A DNA stretch of 64,000 bases from Candidatus Marinacidobacterales bacterium (GTDB lineage: Bacteria > Acidobacteriota > Vicinamibacteria > Marinacidobacterales > DATDRI01): positions 3,744,001-3,808,000 of the forward strand of contig OZ245365.1 in the NCBI GenBank assembly GCA_965226495.1, given 5' to 3'. The translations under genes were made by a program, and so were the position numbers. The notes under the pieces are model-generated. The model was not told the origin of the DNA. It searched no databases and was given only the letters and a program-made list of their open reading frames with translations. The first letter of the stretch is position 1; each line of letters opens with the position of its first letter. Below are positions 1 through 8,892 of the stretch, piece by piece.

Positions 1-2
1 AC

Positions 3-1073
3 GTCGGGGCGAAGCTCGACTTCGTCGAAAAGAATCGGCAGGAGCAGACCCAGATTCGCGAAGACTACGAAGGTGGTCTAACTCGGGAGCTCATTCCTTA
101 CGAGGAGGCCCGACGCAGGCGCGTCGAGATCGACCCTCATCCAGCGCTGGTTGCGAAACCCGAGTTCCTGGGGGTCAGAGCACTCGACGACATTCCGCTC
201 GGCGAGATCGTCCCCTACATCGACTGGACGCCCTTCTTCCATACCTGGGAATTCCGTGGCGTCTTCCCCGCCATTCTGGAGAAACCCGACATAGGAGAGG
301 CGGCTCGGGAGCTCTACGAGAACGCACTGAGCCTAATGAACGATATCGTCGATAAGAAACTCCTACGAGCGCGTGCCGTCTACGGATTTTTTCCCGCCAA
401 TTCCGAAGGTGACGACGTCATCATCTATAAGGACGATTCTCGGGAAGAAGAACGCGTTCGAGTCCACACCTTGCGGCAACAACAGGCCAAGCGGGACGGC
501 CAAGGCTACCTGGCACTCGCGGACTTCGTGGCGCCGGTTGGGTCGGGATTGAACGACCACATCGGTGCCTTTGCAGTGACCGCGGGGCACGGAGTCGAGG
601 AACTCGTGTCCCGGTTCGAAAAGGATCACGACGACTACAACGCCATCATGGCTAAGGCCCTCGCCGATCGCCTGGCCGAGGCCTTGGCGGAAAAACTCCA
701 CGAGGAGGCTCGCAGCGAGTCGGGATTTGGTAAAGACGAGCGCCTCCACAAAGAGGACCTCATTCGCGAACGCTATCGGGGCATTCGTCCCGCCCCCGGC
801 TACCCCGCATCGCCAGACCATACCGAAAAGGCGACGCTCTTTCGGTTGTTGGATGCAGAAAAGAATACTTGTATTTCTTTGACCGAGACCTTTGCGATGC
901 TTCCCGCCGCCTCGGTGAGCGGCTTCTACTTCAATCACCCGGAGGCGCGGTACTTCAGCGTGGGAAAGATTGGCGAAGACCAGGTCGCCGACTACGCCCG
1001 GCGAAAGTCCCTGACCCAGGTCGAGGTCGAGAGATGGCTAGGGCCTTATCTTGGCTACCAACCCAAGGCCTAA
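3..1073 (+). CDS. metH: B12-dependent methionine synthase, C-terminal activation domain (partial, starts before the window)
   Basis: Frame is open from the window start. Motifs YIDWTPFF, YGFFPANS, LADRLAEA, YRGIRPAPGYP and AASVSG match the MetH AdoMet-binding domain. Confidence 0.95.
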   Translation, partial: VGAKLDFVEKNRQEQTQIREDYEGGLTRELIPYEEARRRRVEIDPHPALVAKPEFLGVRALDDIPLGEIVPYIDWTPFFHTWEFRGVFPAILEKPDIGEAARELYENALSLMNDIVDKKLLRARAVYGFFPANSEGDDVIIYKDDSREEERVRVHTLRQQQAKRDGQGYLALADFVAPVGSGLNDHIGAFAVTAGHGVEELVSRFEKDHDDYNAIMAKALADRLAEALAEKLHEEARSESGFGKDERLHKEDLIRERYRGIRPAPGYPASPDHTEKATLFRLLDAEKNTCISLTETFAMLPAASVSGFYFNHPEARYFSVGKIGEDQVADYARRKSLTQVEVERWLGPYLGYQPKA

Positions 1074-1666
1074 CTCAGAAACGTGAAGTACCTCCAAGTT
1101 CCCATGAAGGCCTTGCTGACGTTGCAGGTGCCTTGCCCGGCGGTGTGCTGAAGCTCTTCGAGAAGGTGGCCGCCCATTCGCACATGGTTGAGCGACATCC
1201 ATCGAGCGAAACCCGCGAACGGCGAATCGTGGAAATCCACGGCGGCCAAGATCCCTCCTCTTCGCAGTCGCGACAGCGCCGCCTCAATCGCCACTTTCCA
1301 TCCCGGGTTGGTCATTGACAGCGAATAGCTGAATAACACGAGGTCGAAGGGCTCCGACTCCGCGGGCACTCCCGGAAACTCGCCCTGCAAGAGACCCATT
1401 CGATCTGACCATCGGTTGAGCTTCCTTTCCGCCTTAGACAGCATATCGGGCGAGAGATCGACGCCGGTCAGGCTCGCCGACGGAAAAAGCTCGGCAAGCC
1501 TTCGCAAGTTCCTTCCGGTCCCGCACCCGACCTCGAGGACGCGCCGTGGAGTGAGGCGATCGGCGACTTGCCGCAAGAGCTCCTCCCGGCCGAAAAGGAA
1601 GGCCCAGCGCGTCGCATCGTAGAAGCGAGCGTGCAACCGGTAATAGCTCTCTACGCGATCCACCAT
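1070..1666 (-). CDS. Class I SAM-dependent methyltransferase, BtaB-like (betaine lipid N-methyltransferase family)
   Basis: YYRLHARFYDATRWAFLFGR N-terminus, VLEVGCGTGRN SAM motif and FSYSLSM resemble BtaB. Confidence 0.75.
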   Translation of the reverse strand: MVDRVESYYRLHARFYDATRWAFLFGREELLRQVADRLTPRRVLEVGCGTGRNLRRLAELFPSASLTGVDLSPDMLSKAERKLNRWSDRMGLLQGEFPGVPAESEPFDLVLFSYSLSMTNPGWKVAIEAALSRLRRGGILAAVDFHDSPFAGFARWMSLNHVRMGGHLLEELQHTAGQGTCNVSKAFMGTWRYFTFLS

Positions 1667-1778
1667 GAAGTCTCACTGTCCGAACGAGTTGACGAGCCCC
1701 AACCCCGCGAAGATAGGAAGACAGATTGTAGCCGACAGACGGCGGGCCGGAACATCGATCACCCTCTGGGGGCCCCTC

Positions 1779-1836
1779 CCACTAGATGTGGGGCCCAAGG
1801 CGCTTGACAGGGGCCGAATATACCTATATATAGTGT
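1779..1836 (+). promoter_or_regulatory. Tandem NrdR-box-like sites overlapping a sigma70 promoter
   Basis: ccaCtAgATgTgGggc (1779-1794) and tacCtAtATaTaGtgt (1821-1836) match acaCwAtATaTwGtgt and start 42 bp apart. TTGACA at 1804-1809 has a TATATA/TATAGT -10 inside box 2. Confidence 0.7.
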
Positions 1837-1933
1837 AGGTACCCCCGAGAGAACTTGATTGGCGCATAGGTCTACGAACCGTAGACTCTATCAAGGCTGG
1901 GCGCTTCATTGGCCCATATTTGGAGGGTTCTAA

Positions 1934-2131
1934 ATGGCAAAGCGGAGAAAGAAAAAGGCTGGCGGTTCCGCCGCAGCGATCAAGAAGGTTAGGACGACTG
2001 CCAAGCGACTCGCCAATAAGGCAAGGGCGAAAATTCGCAAACAGCAGAGAGAGATCGCACGGTTGAAGAAGCAGAACGCACGCCTCAAGAAAGCGGCCAA
2101 GAAAAAGGCCTCGAGACGCCGCAAGAAGTAG
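1934..2131 (+). CDS. Small Lys/Arg-rich histone-like or protamine-like protein (65 aa)
   Basis: GGAGGG RBS at 1922-1927, upstream promoter and downstream terminator. 31 of 65 residues are K/R and only one is acidic. Confidence 0.8.
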   Translation: MAKRRKKKAGGSAAAIKKVRTTAKRLANKARAKIRKQQREIARLKKQNARLKKAAKKKASRRRKK

Positions 2132-2150
2132 CTCTTCGCGGTAACCACTA

Positions 2151-2211
2151 GCCGGCCCCCCCCGATCGCCGGCACCATCCGGTGATCGGGGGTCCCGGTT
2201 TCCTTTTTTTT
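2151..2211 (+). terminator. Intrinsic terminator
   Basis: Stem cccccgatcgccgg / ccggtgatcggggg followed by a T8 tract at 2204-2211. Confidence 0.8.
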
Positions 2212-2248
2212 CCTGGATTCGGCAACTTTTTCTTATAGTCTCATCTTC

Positions 2249-3650
2249 ATGTCTGGCCCCAACCTGTCCTTCCACGGTGGCGCTGGGACGGTCACCGGGC
2301 TCCCGTCATCTTCTAAGCGTTTCCGGACTCCAACTCTTGGTCGATGCCGGCTTGTTCCAGGGGTTGAAGAAGTTGCGGCTTCTCAACTGGCAGGAGCCCG
2401 ACTTCGATCCTCGGTCGGTCGATCCTCTATTCCTCACCCACGCGCACATCGATCATAGCGGCTACCTTCCCCGACTCGTGCGCCAGGGTTACTCCAACCC
2501 GGTTTATTGCACCCCGGCGACTATGGATCTGGTGAGGCTCCTCCTATTGGACTCCGCGAAGATTCAAGAAGAAGACGCGAACTACGCCAACCGAAAAGGA
2601 TTCAGCAAACACCGACCGGCCCTGCCGCTTTACACCAGCGCGGACGCGGAGGCCGCCTTCGAGTTGATGAGACCGCTGCCCTACGGCGAATGGCTCGAGG
2701 TCCGAGAAGGGGTTCGTGCTCGGTTCCTCAATGTGGGCCACATACTGGGCTCGGCGATGGTCGAAGTACGCATGCCCATCGGGAAAAAGGAACAGGGCAT
2801 CGTGTTCAGCGGCGACGTCGGACGATACGATGTGCCATTGCATTCCGACCCCTCGGAACCTCCAGCCAGCAACCTGCTGGTCGTCGAATCGACATACGGG
2901 AATCGCACTCACGATGCCAAACCGATCGCGGAGCAGATCACCGAGCCCTTCAAAGAAGTCTTCGCGCGAGGAGGAATCGTGTTGATCCCTTCTTTCGCGG
3001 TGGGCAGGGCTCAGCTTGTCACTCTCATCTTGCGCGAGCTGATGAACGAGGGTCGTCTTCCAGAGGTGCCTATCCATATCGATAGCCCGATGGCGGTCAA
3101 TGCTACCCGCATCTACAGTAAGCATCTCGACGACGGAAGTCTCGATGACGAGTTGTCGGAAGATGGGGGAAGCCGTCTCTTCCCTCGAAACGTGGAGTTC
3201 CACCGCACGGTCGACGAATCGAAGGAACTCAACAAACTGTCCGGCCCTCGCATCATCATCTCCGCGAGCGGCATGCTGACCGCCGGCCGCGTCCTTCATC
3301 ATTTGCGCCGACTATTGCCGGACAAGCAGAACCTCATCTTGCTGGTTGGCTATCAGGCGGCGGGGACACGCGGTCGGGCGCTACTCGAAGGTGCTAAGAC
3401 GCTACGGATGCACGGACGGCAGGTCCCGGTTCGCGCGAAATTCCGTTCGGTACACGGCCTGTCAGCACACGCCGACCAAGAGGAGCTCATTCGATGGATT
3501 GGCTCCTCGAAGTCTCCTCCCAAGACCGTTTTCGTGACTCATGGTGAGCCAAAAGCATCCAAGGCTCTCGCCGAACGAATAGAAAAAGAGTTCGGCTCCC
3601 GCTGCTTCGTACCTCGATTGCAAGATCGCTTCGACCTCGCAACACTCTAG
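2249..3650 (+). CDS. MBL-fold beta-CASP ribonuclease (TTHA0252/Ysh1-like); +1 frameshift near 2297-2299
   Basis: N-terminus LSFHGGAGTVTG is in one frame. SRHLL...VDAGLFQG, THAHIDHSG, GHILGSA, FSGDVG, ESTYG, SAHAD and VTHGE are in the next. Confidence 0.85.
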
Positions 3651-3812
3651 ACCGACTACCCGCGGCATCGCTTCTAGAAACGGAGAACTACCACGCTTTT
3701 CTTGACTTCCGTTCGGCTCGCGTTGAGCTTCGCGGAGTGCGGAAACACAAAAGACTTCATATTGTCGAATGGCGCGGAAGGCCTTATCTAGATCGTCAGC
3801 CGGCCCCCTGGA

Positions 3813-3847
3813 TTGACTTGGCGCGGTGTTGCGCATACAGTATGCGC
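3813..3847 (+). promoter_or_regulatory. Sigma70 promoter with overlapping palindromic operator (putative GntR site)
   Basis: TTGACT (3813-3818), 17 bp, TACAGT (3836-3841). Perfect palindrome GCGCATAC-A-GTATGCGC at 3831-3847. Confidence 0.7.
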
Positions 3848-3864
3848 CAAAGAGCACAGCGTTC

Positions 3865-4701
3865 ATGCACATAAGCCCATCAAAATGTGTTGCTTGCGGT
3901 AATTGCGTCGCGATCTGCCCTATGGAGGCCATCGCGATCAACCCGATATCGAACCGCGCGGAGATCGATCAGGCCAACTGCGTCGAGTGTTATCAGTGCT
4001 TTCGCGGAATGAGCCAAGAGCACCTAAACCCAACCGTGGTGCGTTCGCTGCGAAAAGTCTTGGGCTGGATGCGTCTTCGTTTCGAGCCCGAGCCGGACGT
4101 CTGCCCGACCGCCGCGTTCGAGCCCGATGAGCTGTCCTGGCCCCGGGTCGTTAGACGAGCCTTCTCCGACGTTACTGCTACGCACGAGAGCACCGGCATC
4201 CACGGCCGAGGCACCGAGGAAGTCAAAACTAACGATGTGACCCGGCGCGTTCAGAACGGCGAGGCGGGCTTCGTCGTCGAGTTCGGTCGCCCGAGTATCG
4301 GGGTGTGGTTCAAGGATATCTATCGCATGACGACTCGACTCGCCGAAGCGGGTGCGGAGTTCGAGCCCAACAATCCGGTGACGCACTTGATGACGGACCC
4401 TGCGCGGGGCCGGATTAAAGAAGATGTTCTCGGCGAGAAGGTCTTATCCGCGATCGTCGAGTTTAAGATACCCCTAGGTCGGGTCGATGAAATGCTCGAC
4501 GTCATCGAGACGACGGCACCGACCCTCGATACAGTGGTCTCCTTAGGAATCGGTGCCGTTTGCGATTCAGACGGGTCCAACCCCGTCCCGGAGATCATGT
4601 CGCGCCGTGGCTACTCGGTTGTCCGCGGGAAAACCAACCTTGGCCTGGGGCGGGCCACCAATCAGGAAACGGCCGAAACAGAGCTCGAGGTGACGCGGTG
4701 A
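3865..4701 (+). CDS. Uncharacterised 2x[4Fe-4S] ferredoxin-domain protein
   Basis: CVACGNCVAICP and CVECYQC...(insert)...VCP motifs, followed by an unassigned domain of about 190 aa containing GRGTEEVKTNDVT. Confidence 0.85.
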   Translation: MHISPSKCVACGNCVAICPMEAIAINPISNRAEIDQANCVECYQCFRGMSQEHLNPTVVRSLRKVLGWMRLRFEPEPDVCPTAAFEPDELSWPRVVRRAFSDVTATHESTGIHGRGTEEVKTNDVTRRVQNGEAGFVVEFGRPSIGVWFKDIYRMTTRLAEAGAEFEPNNPVTHLMTDPARGRIKEDVLGEKVLSAIVEFKIPLGRVDEMLDVIETTAPTLDTVVSLGIGAVCDSDGSNPVPEIMSRRGYSVVRGKTNLGLGRATNQETAETELEVTR

Positions 4702-5375
4702 CCAATACACTTCACCGTTCCGGTCAACCCGACGATCTCAAGGACGATTACATTCTGTTCGCCATGTGCACGCGGGGAAAGAACGATGTGGGAGCACCGG
4801 AACGCCTCCGAGAGTTTCTGAGAATCTGCGCTCGGCACAACCCCATCAACATGGGTGATGGAAGAGACGGAGGCATCCACCGTCCGTCTCGAAGTCTGAA
4901 TCCGCTTGTCCACTGGCGTCGTCCCGAAAACGGTTCGATGGAAGACGTCATCGAAGGGATCACCGCGCCCACCACTGCCGCGGCGGTCTTCGACAACCCC
5001 GACTCGCTTCGCGAGTGTCTCCAAGAGGTCAAAGCTGCCGACCTGGGACTCTCGATCAACATCTCCGCGCTGACGGAAGACGCGAGGCAGTGTAGCGAGC
5101 AAGCGGGGATCGATCGACACGCTGTCGAGTACTCGCTCGGGTTCTTGGGGAAAACGAGCAAGCTACCGGAATCGAACGTTCTCTCTCTCATCACGATGTG
5201 CGGCCACGGGATGGTCTCTAGTGCGTTCGCTCAGAAGATGATCGACTGGGTCAAAACCGATCGCAAGACTCCTGCCGAATGCGCCCGCTACATGACACGT
5301 TTCTGTGTATGTGGTGTTTTCAACCCCGTACGAGCGGAGCGGCTACTCCGTCAAAGGTCTAACAATGCCGGCTAA
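4698..5375 (+). CDS. Conserved-looking hypothetical protein with MCGHG and CxCGxFNP motifs
   Basis: GTGA start/stop overlap with the upstream gene and a GAGG RBS. Begins MTNTLHR and has clustered C-terminal Cys/His. Confidence 0.8.
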   Translation: MTNTLHRSGQPDDLKDDYILFAMCTRGKNDVGAPERLREFLRICARHNPINMGDGRDGGIHRPSRSLNPLVHWRRPENGSMEDVIEGITAPTTAAAVFDNPDSLRECLQEVKAADLGLSINISALTEDARQCSEQAGIDRHAVEYSLGFLGKTSKLPESNVLSLITMCGHGMVSSAFAQKMIDWVKTDRKTPAECARYMTRFCVCGVFNPVRAERLLRQRSNNAG

Positions 5376-6066
5376 CAGGCTCAAGGGCAAGAGGTTGGAA
5401 AGACATACTCTCGCCGATCAGGCCTACGCTTCCCTCAAGAAGGCGATGCTGGAGGGAGATCTTCGCCCCGGCGAACGCTTGAAGGAGCTCGAGATCGCAA
5501 AATCACTCGGAGCAAGCCGCACCCCGGTCCGGGAAGCGTTGTCGAGGCTGGAACAAGAGGGCCTCGTCCAACCCTTTCCGTCAGGAGGGCTGACCGTCGT
5601 CGAGCTATCGCCGGACGACATCGAGCAAATCTTCGGTCTCTTGAAGGTCGTGGAGCCCTATGCGTGCAAGCTCGCCCTGGAGAACATCACGGAAAAACAA
5701 CTCGAGAAGATCGAGTCGATTTGTGCGCGTGCCGAAGGGCTTACGGAGGACAACGAGCGCCGCATCGAATTGAACCGACGCTTTCATGAGGTGCTGATTG
5801 AAGTGACGGGACACCTACGACTCATCGAGCTCGTCTCCAACGTACGCTCGGCGATGCAACCCTATCGCGTCATCACCATGAACTCGCCCGAGTTCCAATC
5901 CTCGCCCGAATTTCTGACCCTAATGGTGCGAGACCACACTCAGATCGCCCAGGCGTTGAGAGCGCGCGACGAGGAGCGGCTCGTTAGGCTGGTCCACGCG
6001 CACGACGAAGTGGCAAAACGCAGCTTGATCGATTTTACTTGGGGGAAGGGTAAAGAACAATCTTAG
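5365..6066 (+). CDS. GntR family (FCD) transcriptional regulator
   Basis: wHTH LRPGERLKE...LGASRTPVREALSRLEQEGLV, and FCD motifs NRRFH and DH..I..AL. Confidence 0.93.
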   Translation: MPANRLKGKRLERHTLADQAYASLKKAMLEGDLRPGERLKELEIAKSLGASRTPVREALSRLEQEGLVQPFPSGGLTVVELSPDDIEQIFGLLKVVEPYACKLALENITEKQLEKIESICARAEGLTEDNERRIELNRRFHEVLIEVTGHLRLIELVSNVRSAMQPYRVITMNSPEFQSSPEFLTLMVRDHTQIAQALRARDEERLVRLVHAHDEVAKRSLIDFTWGKGKEQS

Positions 6067-6899
6067 AAGCTGCCGGTTTGGAAATCCCGAACCGCCTGGA
6101 TCAACTCCTCTTGAGTGTTCATCACGAAGGGACCGAATCGAGCGACCGGCTCGATGAGGGGCGCGGCCGCAAGCAGCAGGAAGCGGACCGGCGATTTGCC
6201 TGTCTCCACCGCGATGGCGTCTCCGCCCTCGCAAACCGCGAGATGCCCAGAGCGAAGTATTTCTTCACCACCTAGCTTGCCTTCACCCTCGAAGACATAG
6301 ACGAACGCACTGTGCTCCGAGGGAACCGGCTGCTCGAAACGTGATTGGGGCGGGACCTTGACATCTAGATAAAGAGGAGCGGTGGCGATGCCGACCACCG
6401 GCCCGGACAGACCACCGGACTTGCCAGCGATCACTCGCACCTCGGCACCGTCTTCGAGCGTCAGCACCGGGATCTCGTTCGGCGGTATGTCTTGGTACCT
6501 CGGATTACACATCTTTTCCCCCGCCGGGAGGTTCACCCAAAGCTGGAAGCCCCACATCAAGCCATCTTCCTGCTTCGGCATCTCGGAGTGAATGATTCCT
6601 CGCCCGGCGGTCATCCATTGCACGCTGCCGGCGGTCAAGGCGCCGGTGTGGCCGGTGTGATCCTTGTGTTCCATCGAGCCCGCTAGCATGTAGGTAACGG
6701 TCTCGAAACCGCGGTGGGGGTGATCGGGGAAACCCGCGATATAGTCTGCGCTATCGTCGGATTTGAACTCATCCAGCAACAGGAAGGGGTCGACGTAGTC
6801 GAGGGCCGGCAGGCCTAGGCTTCGTTTGAGCCTGACGCCCGCGCCGTCAGAGGTTTCTCGCCCCTCGACGACTTTGACGACTCTGCGTAGGTTGGACAT
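6063..6899 (-). CDS. Pirin family protein
   Basis: DPFLLLD, GFPDHPHRGFETVTY, WMTAGRGIIHSE, QLWVNLP and GPFVMN motifs. Confidence 0.95.
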   Translation of the reverse strand: MSNLRRVVKVVEGRETSDGAGVRLKRSLGLPALDYVDPFLLLDEFKSDDSADYIAGFPDHPHRGFETVTYMLAGSMEHKDHTGHTGALTAGSVQWMTAGRGIIHSEMPKQEDGLMWGFQLWVNLPAGEKMCNPRYQDIPPNEIPVLTLEDGAEVRVIAGKSGGLSGPVVGIATAPLYLDVKVPPQSRFEQPVPSEHSAFVYVFEGEGKLGGEEILRSGHLAVCEGGDAIAVETGKSPVRFLLLAAAPLIEPVARFGPFVMNTQEELIQAVRDFQTGSF

Positions 6900-6970
6900 G
6901 CCCTTTCCGGCCCGCGATCATGCCAGGATCTGCGCTCGAGGTAAAGCCCCCCACCGCATATTTGGCGCCA

Positions 6971-8323
6971 CTAGTTCGGCGCGGATACCGGTGCGCCAAC
7001 CCGAAATCCAGCGTCCTCCTCAAGAACGAATTGCAGCGCCTTTCGATCGAGAACCACACCGGCCTTCACCACCGTCTCGATATTTCGGGTATCGCTGATT
7101 CTTCGGTCCGGCCGGCCGTTGACGATCAGGAGATTAGCCAGCCTCCCAGGCGCGAGAGTTCCCCACTCCTCGTCGGCGTGCATCAGCTTGGCGGCATTCG
7201 AAGTGGCGATCGAGATCGCCTGGAGCGGCGTGAGTCCTGCCTCGACGAGAAGCTCCATCTCCCGGTGGACACCTTCCCCGAAAAAGACACCCGGATAGGG
7301 AGTATCGGTGCCGGCGACGAGAAGCACTCCCGCATCGAGGAGCTTCTTGGCGTTGTCCTTTCTTAGTTGGAATTCTCGTTTGGACCGATCGACCCGCGAT
7401 CGCTCGGCGTCGGTGAGTGGTCGGGACATCTCCTCTCTTAAATCCTCAAGAAACCAAGGTGGAGTGGTGTCCTTGATGAGCGGATCGCGAAGGAAGTCGA
7501 AATCGTCGAAACGACGGCGCGTCCCGAACTCTGCCACCGCCAAGGTCGTGATGACGCGAATGCCCTTGCTTGTCATCAAAGCCAGCCCCTCCTCGTCGAT
7601 CGTCCTCGCCGGCAAATGGGCGAAGGCCGTCATGTCGGTCCGCATCAAATCGATAGAGCCGTTGAGAGACCACTGATCGACGATCAACGGGAGAGAGACT
7701 TTTTTGGCCTCAGTCGCGAGAGCACTCAACATACGGTAGGAAAGCCCACCGTACGCCTTGATGACATCCACGCCTGCCCCCTTCAGCCCTTCCGCAATCT
7801 TCGGTATCTGGTCGAGCGAGGTCGCGACGTGGGAAATGGGGGGCCAAGCAGGGTCGCTACCGTCGACCAACGCGCCGGCGCAATAGATGCGGGGTCCGGG
7901 TATGCGTCCTGCGGAGACCTCTTGCCGCATTTGAAGGATGAACGGCTGGACGTTGCCAACATCCAGGATCGTCGTGACGCCATTATAGAGAAGAGAATTC
8001 AAGTATCTCTGATAGCCGAGCATATCGACCCGGTGTCCGTCCCACCCTCCCAAGAGATGAACGTGCATGTCGGCGAGCCCGGGTAACACCGTTTTTCCCG
8101 TGGCGTCGATCACACGAGCGTCGGGAGGGATCTCGATCTGTCGAGTCGGCCCCACCGCCTGAATCCGGTCACCGTTGATGATGACCGTTCCGTTTTCGAG
8201 AGGGGCGCCGCCTTCGCCGTCGACGACGACCGCGTTGGTAATAGCGAGACGGGTATCGTCTTGTCTCATGAAACCAGTCAGAAAAACGAAAGCGGTCAGG
8301 CAAAGGACCACGTTCTTGCTCAA
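6971..8323 (-). CDS. Secreted amidohydrolase family protein
   Basis: PGLADMHVH, GVTTILDVG, AGTD and G.LAPG..A.LL motifs. TTG start with an AGGGAG RBS and a signal-like N-terminus. Confidence 0.85.
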   Translation of the reverse strand: MSKNVVLCLTAFVFLTGFMRQDDTRLAITNAVVVDGEGGAPLENGTVIINGDRIQAVGPTRQIEIPPDARVIDATGKTVLPGLADMHVHLLGGWDGHRVDMLGYQRYLNSLLYNGVTTILDVGNVQPFILQMRQEVSAGRIPGPRIYCAGALVDGSDPAWPPISHVATSLDQIPKIAEGLKGAGVDVIKAYGGLSYRMLSALATEAKKVSLPLIVDQWSLNGSIDLMRTDMTAFAHLPARTIDEEGLALMTSKGIRVITTLAVAEFGTRRRFDDFDFLRDPLIKDTTPPWFLEDLREEMSRPLTDAERSRVDRSKREFQLRKDNAKKLLDAGVLLVAGTDTPYPGVFFGEGVHREMELLVEAGLTPLQAISIATSNAAKLMHADEEWGTLAPGRLANLLIVNGRPDRRISDTRNIETVVKAGVVLDRKALQFVLEEDAGFRVGAPVSAPN

Positions 8324-8391
8324 TAGACTCTCCCTTCGTTGAAACCGGGAAGCGTTCCCGATCGATACGGACAATACGACCTGGGCACTAG

Positions 8392-8892
8392 ATGTACAAT
8401 CTCCCCGTGGCAACTGTTTACATTACGGTTGGTCTTCTTCTGATCGCCGGACTCTTGGGATCGTTCCTCCCCGTCCTTCCGGGCACGCCACTCATCGTGG
8501 TAGGAGCGCTGCTATACGCGTATATGACCGACTTTGAGACCATCGGCGTCGGGAGGCTTCTCATCTTGGTCGGGTTCAGTCTCCTCGCGTACGTACTCGA
8601 TTACACCGCGGGCGCGCTGGGCGTCAAGAAATTCGGAGGGAGCAGCTGGGCCGTCGTGGGGGCCGTGCTCGGAGCGGTGGTAGGAGTCTTCTTCGGCGCC
8701 ATCGGTCTCGTGCTCGGCCCGATCCTCGGCTCGGTCCTTGGCGAGCTGCTTCGCAGCCGCAAGTTCAAGAATAGCCTCAGAAGCGCTCTCGGAACCGGGG
8801 TGGGGATGCTGCTCGGAGTCGTCGCCAAGCTCTCCCTCGCCGTGGTCATGGTGGGCCTCATCCTTTGGTGGATTTGGAAAGGTGCTAGCTAG
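8392..8892 (+). CDS. DUF456-like membrane protein
   Basis: Hydrophobic throughout; PVLPG, KKFGGS and GP..G...GEL motifs. Confidence 0.85.
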   Translation: MYNLPVATVYITVGLLLIAGLLGSFLPVLPGTPLIVVGALLYAYMTDFETIGVGRLLILVGFSLLAYVLDYTAGALGVKKFGGSSWAVVGAVLGAVVGVFFGAIGLVLGPILGSVLGELLRSRKFKNSLRSALGTGVGMLLGVVAKLSLAVVMVGLILWWIWKGAS

